From a virus (Duplodnaviria > Caudoviricetes), in the IMG/VR virus record IMGVR_UViG_3300020050_015887, positions 20,501-84,500 of that record: 64,000 nt of DNA. One strand, 5' to 3'. Shown here piece by piece: positions 20,999 to 29,363 of this stretch; position 1 is the stretch's first letter; every line of letters begins with the position of its first letter. Under the pieces are notes generated by a model. The model saw only the letters and a program-made list of their open reading frames with translations, had not been told where the DNA came from and ran no database searches. A program made the position numbers and the translations under genes.

Positions 20999-21000
20999 AT

Positions 21001-21216
21001 TTACTCCTTAGGGGTTTTCTTTAGTTGTTCGCGTACATATTTAGCGTGGGCTAAGAAAAACTTTCCGATCCGAGTAGCTTCCGCCTCTGTTAATACCCAC
21101 TCACAACCTTCAGGAACGGTGGTGAGTACAGATGGTAAATCACCTGGGCCATTGTCAATGGATTGAAATTGAAATTCATACTCTTGCGGATTTAATAATA
21201 CTGCTTTTGGTTTCAT
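21001..21216 (-). CDS. Hypothetical protein
   Basis: 71 aa in operon. Confidence 0.5.
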   Translation of the reverse strand: MKPKAVLLNPQEYEFQFQSIDNGPGDLPSVLTTVPEGCEWVLTEAEATRIGKFFLAHAKYVREQLKKTPKE

Positions 21217-21220
21217 TTCT

Positions 21221-23353
21221 TTACTCCTTACCGTAAGCCGTAGCTTCTACGGCACTGTTGTTGGACACTACTACATATTTACAATTCTGTACAAATTCAT
21301 CGATATTACGGGCGTTTAAATAAGTCATACCGCTACGTAATCCACCCTCAAAGTAGTTCATTAAATTTTCAACACTACCAGACACGGGAATTGTATAAGA
21401 TTCACCCTCTGGCGCTCTAAAACTAGCAGTTTTGTTTTGCACTTCATATGAAGACTGAGAAGCACTTCCCCTGTAAATCTTAGATAAAGGTGACATATCA
21501 GCAATGGGTGCAGCACTCTCAATCGTGCCAGCCATTAAACGACCCATAAAAACCCCTTTAACGCCTAATGCCAGGGCTTTTGATAAATCTCCAGGGGTAG
21601 ACATACCCCCGTCTTGAATGAGCGTATAACCCGTTCTAGCACAATCTAAAATACAAGAAACCGAAGGGGTTCCTACCCCGGCAACAATGCGAGTTTTGCA
21701 CGCGCTATTATGAACAATTGCATTATTGGCAATAAAACTGTGAGTAGGACAATCTACTTCAATGTCATATGTTTCAACAATTTCATCGATTGTTGTATAA
21801 TTGTTAATTCTGACAATTTGGTAATTCTCTGTTAATTGAGAATTCCAGGTTTTAAACGTTTTAGCACGAAAAGAAGGTTTAATATTTGCTAATGTAGCAT
21901 TTTTTAAACCACCAACTGTTGGTTTTCTATAAGACTGACTTGGAAAATAACCATATAATAAATAATTTATAATTGCAAACAATTCTATTAACTGTGGTGA
22001 TGTATTTGTTAATACTAATTTACCGTCGTCCTCGTGACCATCACTGTCAATTAAACCATCAAAAATTCCACGTAAATAGTTATTATTAATAACTAAATAA
22101 TTATTTGGTAAATGTTTTTCTTGTTTTTTACCAAAATTAATCATTAATCTTGCCAATGGTAAACAGTTAGCATTAACAACAATAACGTTATTGATCTTTT
22201 TTGTGGTTACGTTAATGTTAAATACTTCTTTTAATGCGGTAGTTAATTTATAAACAATGTCCGTTTCGGTTTTATTAAAATACCAAGAAACTTTTCCGCG
22301 AACAGAATTTTTATGAATATTAACTCTTGAGTGACCATCACCCAAAAATGTTCCAAAAATATATCCCAAATTATACGAAGATTTAATTTCATTATTATAT
22401 TCTTGAGCTTCAAAAGATTTTGAACGAATTGAAAATTCTTTTAAATTAATTAAAAAGTTTTCTTTTAAATCGAATTTAATATTTTTTGGCATTAACAATG
22501 TGCTTTTTTGGGTTTGATCAATTCTTTGCCATTTATATTTAGAATCCCCACTTTTGGTTGATTTATCTAAAACATTACCCAAACCCACGTCGTTAATATT
22601 TTTTATTGTAGAATAATCACCGATCCAATGTCGATGATCGGGCGTAACGATCGTTTCTTTGTAAAAATTATTGTTTTTATATTTAACTACCGATCTGAAC
22701 CCGGAGTTTTTTGTTCCAATAACCTTTACCGATTGGCCATTTTTATTAATGACAAAATCACCAACTTTTACATCTTCAATATTTTTATAGGTAGCATTTG
22801 ACATTAACACTCGCGTTCCAGCAGCAAAACAACCAGGCCCTACACCAATCTTCCAAGCCGTTGGAATTTTACCACTTTTTTCAACAAACGTGTTAATTTG
22901 TCCACTATTATCAAAATTACCAACAATAATATCTACGTCAAATAACATTTTTAGTGCTTTAAATTGGTTTAACACCTTCTCTTGAGCGCCGTTGGCCACG
23001 TCAATTACCAAAGTTTCAGCGCCAGCGTGAACTAAAGCCTCTGCGCGTTCAATCTCTGCGGTTCCTACACCTACAGACACCCAAGGCTTAACGTTATTAT
23101 AAATACCTTCTTTAAAAAGAACAATATTTTGGTCAATAGTACAAAAACGATGTACCGTAGCAATACCACCTTGTTTAATAACAGCAGCAGATAATTGCGG
23201 CGAATAAACACTATCCATATTAGAAGCGATAATAGGTACTTGTAATGTTGTGTTGCCAATTTTAACACTAGTGTCTACGTCGGAACGTGATGAAATAGTT
23301 GTAAAATTTGCTGGCACTAGGGAAATATCTTTAAATGTTAAATTTTTATTCAT
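21221..23353 (-). CDS. guaC: GMP reductase / IMPDH-family enzyme (CBS-less, about 335 aa after splicing), intein-containing
   Basis: PIIASNMD; IDVANG (GuaC-like); GVGPG|SACKTR catalytic loop; DGG; YRGSAS; LRSGMTY. IMPDH not excluded. Confidence 0.7.
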   Translation of the reverse strand: MNKNLTFKDISLVPANFTTISSRSDVDTSVKIGNTTLQVPIIASNMDSVYSPQLSAAVIKQGGIATVHRFCTIDQNIVLFKEGIYNNVKPWVSVGVGTAEIERAEALVHAGAETLVIDVANGAQEKVLNQFKALKMLFDVDIIVGNFDNSGQINTFVEKSGKIPTAWKIGVGPGCFAAGTRVLMSNATYKNIEDVKVGDFVINKNGQSVKVIGTKNSGFRSVVKYKNNNFYKETIVTPDHRHWIGDYSTIKNINDVGLGNVLDKSTKSGDSKYKWQRIDQTQKSTLLMPKNIKFDLKENFLINLKEFSIRSKSFEAQEYNNEIKSSYNLGYIFGTFLGDGHSRVNIHKNSVRGKVSWYFNKTETDIVYKLTTALKEVFNINVTTKKINNVIVVNANCLPLARLMINFGKKQEKHLPNNYLVINNNYLRGIFDGLIDSDGHEDDGKLVLTNTSPQLIELFAIINYLLYGYFPSQSYRKPTVGGLKNATLANIKPSFRAKTFKTWNSQLTENYQIVRINNYTTIDEIVETYDIEVDCPTHSFIANNAIVHNSACKTRIVAGVGTPSVSCILDCARTGYTLIQDGGMSTPGDLSKALALGVKGVFMGRLMAGTIESAAPIADMSPLSKIYRGSASQSSYEVQNKTASFRAPEGESYTIPVSGSVENLMNYFEGGLRSGMTYLNARNIDEFVQNCKYVVVSNNSAVEATAYGKE
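21707..22831 (-). mobile_element. Intein with LAGLIDADG homing endonuclease (375 aa)
   Basis: Starts CFAAGTRV, ends IVHN followed by Ser; YIFGTFLGDG and LRGIFDGLIDSDG motifs. Confidence 0.93.
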
Positions 23354-23359
23354 GTGTTT

Positions 23360-23388
23360 ATTTTATCTTAAATTATGTTATTTGTCAA
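23360..23388 (-). promoter_or_regulatory. sigma70 promoter, probably leaderless, for guaC
   Basis: TTGACA-17-TAAAAT-6 nt-ATG, no SD. Confidence 0.7.
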
Positions 23389-23405
23389 TAATATTGTTAA
23401 CTGTA

Positions 23406-24032
23406 TTATACATAAACTTTTTCAATTACACCAGTTCGTGTTAAATCCGTAAAGTTATTAATTTGAAACAAATGATAATCGATAAGACGCGCCGTCTGAT
23501 TTATACTAAGCTGTTCAAATAAATCTGTATCTTTTCTAAATCCAAAAACAACTATAGCTGTCCCTGGACCATTTTGTTTTTTTTCATAAATACCTTGTAA
23601 GGTAACAACACACCATTTTGATGAATCGACTACATTTTGTACTCCAAAACAACATGCAACATAATTATAAATAGAAAAACTACTAAAAAATTCATCCGGT
23701 AATGGTCTGTCATCTGCAAATTTACTATCTGGGAATAAAACAATGTTCATTTCTTCCCAATAGGATTTGCTCTGTTGTATGGTGTCATACCACTCACCTT
23801 TGGGTTCTACTATTAAAACTTGAATATTTTGTTTATTGCAATACTCTATTAAATCGGTTTTTTCTTTACGTGTAACTACTAAAGGAACTAAATTATATTT
23901 AGCACAATAATTAAAATGCCATTGAATTAATGGTTGATTGGTTACAGGGTCAATCAATAATTCTTTTGATTGATTGGGTAACATACCCATCCGTGTACCT
24001 AAACCTGCTGCCGGAATAATTGCGCGTTTCAT
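23406..24032 (-). CDS. Sugar-phosphate nucleotidyltransferase (NTP_transferase fold)
   Basis: RAIIPAAGLGTRM...KELL signature; only 208 aa. Confidence 0.8.
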   Translation of the reverse strand: MKRAIIPAAGLGTRMGMLPNQSKELLIDPVTNQPLIQWHFNYCAKYNLVPLVVTRKEKTDLIEYCNKQNIQVLIVEPKGEWYDTIQQSKSYWEEMNIVLFPDSKFADDRPLPDEFFSSFSIYNYVACCFGVQNVVDSSKWCVVTLQGIYEKKQNGPGTAIVVFGFRKDTDLFEQLSINQTARLIDYHLFQINNFTDLTRTGVIEKVYV

Positions 24033-24241
24033 TTTAATAAATCCTCTATTAACACGTCTTGATAAAAGTTTAAATAATTTAAATATTCATCTTCTAATAA
24101 AACAGGTTTTTCTAAATCCAAATATTTGTCGGTTTTGAGTTTATTTTTTTGAAAATGTTCTTTCCATGTAAAATATAAAAGTGGATCAATTTTTCTATTT
24201 GTTGTTGAACCATCTTTGTTTAAGATAATCATTATAATCAT
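24029..24241 (-). CDS. C-terminal-tag family small protein
   Basis: Ends QDVLIEDLLK; paralogue of 24245-24448. Confidence 0.7.
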   Translation of the reverse strand: MIIMIILNKDGSTTNRKIDPLLYFTWKEHFQKNKLKTDKYLDLEKPVLLEDEYLNYLNFYQDVLIEDLLK

Positions 24242-24244
24242 ACG

Positions 24245-24448
24245 TTATTTTAATAACTCATTTATTAAAGCGTCTTGTGTATAATTCATAAAATCTGAAT
24301 ATTCGTAATCATATAAAATTGGAATGGGAGCATTTAACCACACGTCCCTTGTTTTATGTTTGGTGTAATATTTTTTCCATTGTTTGTACTTTTCAGGATT
24401 TACGTTTTCTATTTCTGTTAATCCATTTTTTAATACATGTATTTTCAT
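24245..24448 (-). CDS. C-terminal-tag family small protein
   Basis: Ends QDALINELLK. Confidence 0.7.
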   Translation of the reverse strand: MKIHVLKNGLTEIENVNPEKYKQWKKYYTKHKTRDVWLNAPIPILYDYEYSDFMNYTQDALINELLK

Positions 24449-25245
24449 ATTTTATTTGAATATTGTTGTAAAAATAATAACAAATCATTACTAGGTTTAA
24501 ATCGGTTTTGATGTTTTGATATTTTATTTAAATCTTCCGGTAAACCAGAATATTGAAAACTACACAATTTAACAATTTTATTATCTAGTTTATTATGTAT
24601 CCAACAAACTCCGTTTTGTTCAATAATGTCTCTTTCGTGTAAATTATAATAAGCAACATTATAAGAATAATCTCTTAAGATTGTAACATTATCAACAAAA
24701 AAAGGCAAACAGTTTAACCAACTCTGATCTAAAAAAATACCACTACCAGATACACAATGGGTTTTTTGTGTATTGTATTGCCATTTAAGAAACTCTATGG
24801 TTTCTTTTGTGTTGACCCACGCCACGGTGTCACTATTAATATGACCAGTTTGTATCACACCAATCTGATTAGGAAAATTTTGGTCTACTGGAAGTGGTGT
24901 AAGAGTGTGAGGTAATACAACGTTGTTATTATTGTCTAATAATTTATCTGGGTAACAAAAAAATTCTACATCTGCGCCAGTAAATACAACCTTTTCATAT
25001 CCTTGTTCAAAAGCATCTAACACAATTAACGGTCTAATGCTACAGATAATTTGCAAAGGGTCTTTGTATTGTGTTGAGTTATATAAATGATTAATGTTAA
25101 TTACTTCATCAAAAACGGGCGTTTCATACCCAATGTGGTATAGAATTTGTGTTGCGTGTGGGACATGTTTTTTTACACTATCAAATAACACCTTATAATT
25201 TGATAGATATAAATCAGAGGCAATACAGATAAATGCCGTTTTCAT
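24445..25245 (-). CDS. GT-A fold glycosyltransferase (GT8-like)
   Basis: TAFICIAS...VLFDSVKKH; degenerate DxD (GADVEF); FLDQSWLN; YNVAYYNL. Confidence 0.7.
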   Translation of the reverse strand: MKTAFICIASDLYLSNYKVLFDSVKKHVPHATQILYHIGYETPVFDEVININHLYNSTQYKDPLQIICSIRPLIVLDAFEQGYEKVVFTGADVEFFCYPDKLLDNNNNVVLPHTLTPLPVDQNFPNQIGVIQTGHINSDTVAWVNTKETIEFLKWQYNTQKTHCVSGSGIFLDQSWLNCLPFFVDNVTILRDYSYNVAYYNLHERDIIEQNGVCWIHNKLDNKIVKLCSFQYSGLPEDLNKISKHQNRFKPSNDLLLFLQQYSNKI

Positions 25246-25850
25246 TATTCAATGTTCCAGGTTGGTTTATTAATTTTTTCAAGCACTAATAGTATTTCGT
25301 ATTGTCCCCAAGCGTGTTGTTCTGGTGGTATAGAATAGTTATATCCTTTATCGCCGTCTTCTAATACTCGTACTCTATAACTATTAGGTTCAAATGCTTG
25401 TTCAATTTCTGCCAACAACGTGGCCGGAGAATAGAATACGCGATGATCTCCATTATATCTACTGGGTTTATTAAGTTTCTTTTCGTAAAGAAATTGGTGC
25501 GGCACTGCAATAATTAAATGACCGCCAATCTTAATAACCCGCATCCATTCCCGTAGGGTTTCAATACGATTATCAATGTGCTCTAAAACGTGACTACTGT
25601 AAACCGCGTCTTGAGTGCTATCACCAAACGGCAAATGTAACCCGTCATACCCTGGAGTATTTAAATTAATAACTTTAGTGTTTGGTAATACACCAACGCT
25701 ATCAATATAACCATCCGCACCTATCTCAACTGTTTCACCGGACATATATTTATCAAAAAAACCATTGTCAATTTTATCTTCATACGTGCGGCTAGTTTCT
25801 TCACCAACCCTACGTTTAAGTAATTCTTTTTTATTATTTTTATAACTCAT
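25245..25850 (-). CDS. Class I SAM-dependent methyltransferase (type 11-like)
   Basis: VEIGADG; DAVYSSHVLEH; RVIKIGGHLII. Confidence 0.8.
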   Translation of the reverse strand: MSYKNNKKELLKRRVGEETSRTYEDKIDNGFFDKYMSGETVEIGADGYIDSVGVLPNTKVINLNTPGYDGLHLPFGDSTQDAVYSSHVLEHIDNRIETLREWMRVIKIGGHLIIAVPHQFLYEKKLNKPSRYNGDHRVFYSPATLLAEIEQAFEPNSYRVRVLEDGDKGYNYSIPPEQHAWGQYEILLVLEKINKPTWNIE

Positions 25851-26821
25851 AAAATTTTATCCAATTCTAGTATAAATAAATCCGGCGTTAAAGATTTTAA
25901 ACACTCAATTTCAGCACCGGTTGCATTTTTATCGTAATAACACTTAGTAAAAGATTCATGATGAAAAGCAAATACAAAATTACTTTGACAAAACCGACAC
26001 TCAACAGAATCAGGCGGTATTACAGGTATAAAATTATATCCTTTAACTCCGTTGTTTCTAAACGGTACGCGATGTTGTGGGTCTACCGTTGTAAAACCAC
26101 ATACAACCGTGTTTGTTGGGTGTGTTGCAGCCAAATGAATTAAACCATTATCCAAACCAACTGTAGTTTTTGCTCCATATAAAATTTTAGCTGTTTCTAG
26201 AAGATTAGTTTGGTCTATTAAATTAATTCCTTTGTGGTAATTAATAGTGGTGTCAAATTTACCTTTAATAATATAATTAAATCCATTGTCGGTTTCTTTT
26301 TTACCTAAAAATACTGGAGTATAACCTTTAAACAACACATAATCAATAATAGAATTAATGGTGGTAGGTAAGAACTCTCTAACCGTGCTGGTAAAGCCGG
26401 TTGTAATAACCACATATTTATCTGGCAAGTTAAACTTAGTGATATTAACGTCATCAAGTTTAATAGGAAGGTAGTTTTTGTGTTTATCTTCTACTTGTTT
26501 ATTAATAAATAAATTAAACCCATGTTCAGTCATATGGTATGACAGGTTTGTGTGAGTATTAGAAGCTGAGGCTCTAGTCGGAAATAGTTTATTAAACTTA
26601 TCTTTTTGAGAAAACTTTTTTAATACAACTCTACCAGGAGTTAAAGAACGCTTAGCAATATCATAGAAAAAATCAGGTATCCAAACGTGGGGGATTACTT
26701 CAGGGTGATTTTGAATTACATATTCAATAGCTGGAAGTCTTGCAAGACAATCACCCAATCCACCATCGTTAAATAAGAAATTCACATGAAATGTTCTGTC
26801 CGCTTTATTATTTCTAAACAT
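25847..26821 (-). CDS. GT9-family (heptosyltransferase-like) glycosyltransferase
   Basis: GGLGDCL; YVVITTG; INLIDQTNLLE; VGLDNGLIHLAA. Confidence 0.8.
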   Translation of the reverse strand: MFRNNKADRTFHVNFLFNDGGLGDCLARLPAIEYVIQNHPEVIPHVWIPDFFYDIAKRSLTPGRVVLKKFSQKDKFNKLFPTRASASNTHTNLSYHMTEHGFNLFINKQVEDKHKNYLPIKLDDVNITKFNLPDKYVVITTGFTSTVREFLPTTINSIIDYVLFKGYTPVFLGKKETDNGFNYIIKGKFDTTINYHKGINLIDQTNLLETAKILYGAKTTVGLDNGLIHLAATHPTNTVVCGFTTVDPQHRVPFRNNGVKGYNFIPVIPPDSVECRFCQSNFVFAFHHESFTKCYYDKNATGAEIECLKSLTPDLFILELDKIL

Positions 26822-27636
26822 TATTTACGGTCCTGAATTTCTTTTAATGTTGGAGCATATACCCCAAATTGTTCTACACAAACAGCAGCCGCCTTAGAAG
26901 CAAATTCAATTGCTTTGTTTAATTCATATCCGTTCATTATAGCATAAGTTAATGATGCAATACAAGTGTCACCACACCCAGTAACATCAACAACTCTAGT
27001 GCTTAGTGCTGGCATAGAATCAATAAAGTTTTGTTGTTGTGTTTTGGCGTGCATACCATTATCACCATCTGTAATAACAACAATTTGAGCATTAGTAATT
27101 TCAAATAGTTTTCTAAAAATTTTAGGCAGGCTAGTTTCTCCGGTAGCCGTTTTGGCTTCTTCTAAATTGGGTTTTAATAAATAACAATTTTTATAGTTAT
27201 TAAAATCTACATTCTTACTTGGATCAACAAAAGTTTTAATACCAGAAGAGAATACAGCATTATAAATTGCTGGAGTAAACCAACCCTTACCATAATCTTC
27301 AACAATAATAGCATCCGTGGTTGTTTTGTATAAGTTAATAAAATCTAAGATCTCTTGTTCAGAACAGTTTCTAGCGGGATAATCAACATCAATACGAGCT
27401 ATTTGTTTATCTTTTTCAAACACTCTAGTTTTAGTGATGGTGTTGCCATCTGCTTTTTCATGAACATTTACACCAAGTTTATACAAATTCGTAGCCACAT
27501 TATGAGACATTCCCCATTTTGTAATTTGATTATTAACTTTTAATACAGGAACAAGAATGTTTTCTGGTGATTGACGTGTGTGTTCGGTGTATAAATATAT
27601 ATCAGCGCACTGTTCGCCGAGTACCATGACATTCAT
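26821..27636 (-). CDS. PfkB-family heptose-7-phosphate kinase (HldE/RfaE kinase-domain-like)
   Basis: VMVLGEQCAD; VEDYGKG; LLKPNLEE; VVDVTGCGDT; next to gmhA. Confidence 0.8.
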   Translation of the reverse strand: MNVMVLGEQCADIYLYTEHTRQSPENILVPVLKVNNQITKWGMSHNVATNLYKLGVNVHEKADGNTITKTRVFEKDKQIARIDVDYPARNCSEQEILDFINLYKTTTDAIIVEDYGKGWFTPAIYNAVFSSGIKTFVDPSKNVDFNNYKNCYLLKPNLEEAKTATGETSLPKIFRKLFEITNAQIVVITDGDNGMHAKTQQQNFIDSMPALSTRVVDVTGCGDTCIASLTYAIMNGYELNKAIEFASKAAAVCVEQFGVYAPTLKEIQDRK

Positions 27637-27884
27637 TTTAATACACTTTCTAAATTAGAATAAAATTTATCATTAAAAAAATCATTTAATAACCGAACTT
27701 CTCGTTCAAGGAATAAAAGTTTAACTATTTCTGTATTAGTGTTTTGTTTTCTAAAATTAATATGATCTTGTAAATACCACCGGTAATCATTATTTAATGA
27801 ATTTAAAAATTCATCCAATTGTTCTTGTGTTAAAGTAACAATTTTGTCTTTACTTCCACCTGCTTGAAAAATTACATATTTCAC
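27633..27884 (-). CDS. C-terminal-tag family small protein
   Basis: Ends FYSNLESVLK; ATGA overlaps on both sides. Confidence 0.7.
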   Translation of the reverse strand: MKYVIFQAGGSKDKIVTLTQEQLDEFLNSLNNDYRWYLQDHINFRKQNTNTEIVKLLFLEREVRLLNDFFNDKFYSNLESVLK

Positions 27885-28453
27885 AGTAATTGTTCCTCAA
27901 CAAAATTACAAATAGAATGCATTAGCACTTCATGTACTGTTTGTATTGTGCTAGTTCTTTCAGATTGAGCATGAAATGTTTTCGTAGCTAAAAAACTACC
28001 TTTGCTATTATTTTTACCTGAAAACAAGATGCTTTTAATTTTATGTTGTTCGCAATATTCTAAAGCTTTTACTATATTTGCAGAATTACCGCTAGTAGAA
28101 AATGCAATGAATAAATCTTTATCCGTGGCCTTACCTTCTAGTTGCCGAGAAAACACTTGTTCATAACTATAGTCGTTTGCAATAGCTGTAATGGTAGCTA
28201 AATCGGTGGTTAAAGCCTCTACATTGAGCGCCTTGCGTTCTTTTTCAAACCGTCCTACCAATTCCCCTGCCATGTGGGAGGCGCCGCTAGCAGACCCGCC
28301 GTTTCCAGCAATAAATATCTTATTACCTGTTTGTATAGTTTTTGTGATGATGTTCTGAATAGATTTTAAAGTAGTTTTATTAGCAATAATAGAATTGGTC
28401 AGTGAGGTTTGCACTTCTAAAGTGTGGTTTTGAAAGTAGTGTTGTAAATTCAT
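27881..28453 (-). CDS. gmhA: Phosphoheptose isomerase
   Basis: IAGNGGSAS; ELVGRFEKER; TAIANDY; FSRQ; STSGNS; QTVHE. Confidence 0.93.
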   Translation of the reverse strand: MNLQHYFQNHTLEVQTSLTNSIIANKTTLKSIQNIITKTIQTGNKIFIAGNGGSASGASHMAGELVGRFEKERKALNVEALTTDLATITAIANDYSYEQVFSRQLEGKATDKDLFIAFSTSGNSANIVKALEYCEQHKIKSILFSGKNNSKGSFLATKTFHAQSERTSTIQTVHEVLMHSICNFVEEQLL

Positions 28454-28668
28454 TTTAATAACTTATCAATAGATTTACTAACTTTTTTTTCTAGTTTAAA
28501 CTGTCTTAACAATTTTCTAATTTTTTTATCTTCAGAATAAGACATAGAAGGAAAATCTTGATCAATCCAAATAACTTTACTATCATCTAAAACGTTAGAA
28601 ATTTTTTGTATAAATTCTTTACTTACATATTCTTTTTTACCATTAAAATATAATATATAATGTTTCAT
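28450..28668 (-). CDS. C-terminal-tag family small protein
   Basis: Ends VSKSIDKLLK. Confidence 0.7.
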   Translation of the reverse strand: MKHYILYFNGKKEYVSKEFIQKISNVLDDSKVIWIDQDFPSMSYSEDKKIRKLLRQFKLEKKVSKSIDKLLK

Positions 28669-29144
28669 GGTAGGTTTAATCCAGATATTACTTTTAATAA
28701 AATCCAGTTATTCTTAGCACAAATTCCTGCCAATTGACCACGCGGATCATCATCCACCAATATAACTTGATCGCCTTTTTTTTGATATTTTTTAATCTCT
28801 TTTTGTTTAAAATATCCATAACTTGTTTTATCATTTGATGAACGCATTATTAATTTACGTTTAGGAAATTTATGTTTGGTTAACCATTTTACGGTTATTG
28901 CTCTATACTTTTCATCTCTGCTAGTTAGATAAACAAACTTACCTAATTTTCTAGCAAGTGTACGCATAGACTTAATAACTTTGTCATTAAGCATGTCATG
29001 TTCTTTTTGAACAAGGTCCAACCAATGTAAATATTCAGCACTATAATGCGTTTTATTTTTAGGTGCTTTAATAGACTTAAGACGGCGTGAGCTATCACAC
29101 ACCGTACCGTCTAAATCAACATAAATTTTTACTTTATTCTTCAT
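28665..29144 (-). CDS. HAD-superfamily phosphatase (PNKP-phosphatase-like; possible GmhB substitute)
   Basis: VDLDGT; YLTSR; LVDDD; ATG 29144. Confidence 0.75.
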   Translation of the reverse strand: MKNKVKIYVDLDGTVCDSSRRLKSIKAPKNKTHYSAEYLHWLDLVQKEHDMLNDKVIKSMRTLARKLGKFVYLTSRDEKYRAITVKWLTKHKFPKRKLIMRSSNDKTSYGYFKQKEIKKYQKKGDQVILVDDDPRGQLAGICAKNNWILLKVISGLNLP

Positions 29145-29155
29145 AATAAATATTT

Positions 29156-29361
29156 GCAAGCGGGTTAGGCTGAGTAGCTACGCTCTCGATTAACCAATGC
29201 TACCGTGATCAGCGGCTTCCAGATTGATCACCTAACCTATTTTAACGCAACTTTGCGTGAGCAAAACGCAATATTACCGCCTGCTGGTCCCTCTGAGCTT
29301 TCGCAGCGAGGGGTCACTTGTTTGGAGCATGTATTGCATCTATGTCTGCAACACCAAACAA
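29156..29361 (-). ncRNA. Unassigned structured RNA candidate / 5' leader of the heptose operon
   Basis: About 49% GC by hand count; nested helices GCAGGCGG/CCGCUUGC, GUUAGG/CCUAAC, GUGAUCA/UGAUCAC, UUGUUUGG/CCAAACAA; GAAA tetraloop; G-U pairs favour - strand. Confidence 0.55.
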
Positions 29362-29363
29362 AC

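Noticed and set aside
25847-28453. GT9 (FILELDKIL*) and GmhA (ICNFVEEQLL*) C-termini resemble the tag
   Set aside because: These are the normal terminal helices of those enzyme families; not counted. They show that the motif needs a statistical background test.
29156-29361. tmRNA, tRNA or group I intron
   Set aside because: No tRNA-like ends or T-loop, and no recognisable P7 or intron core.
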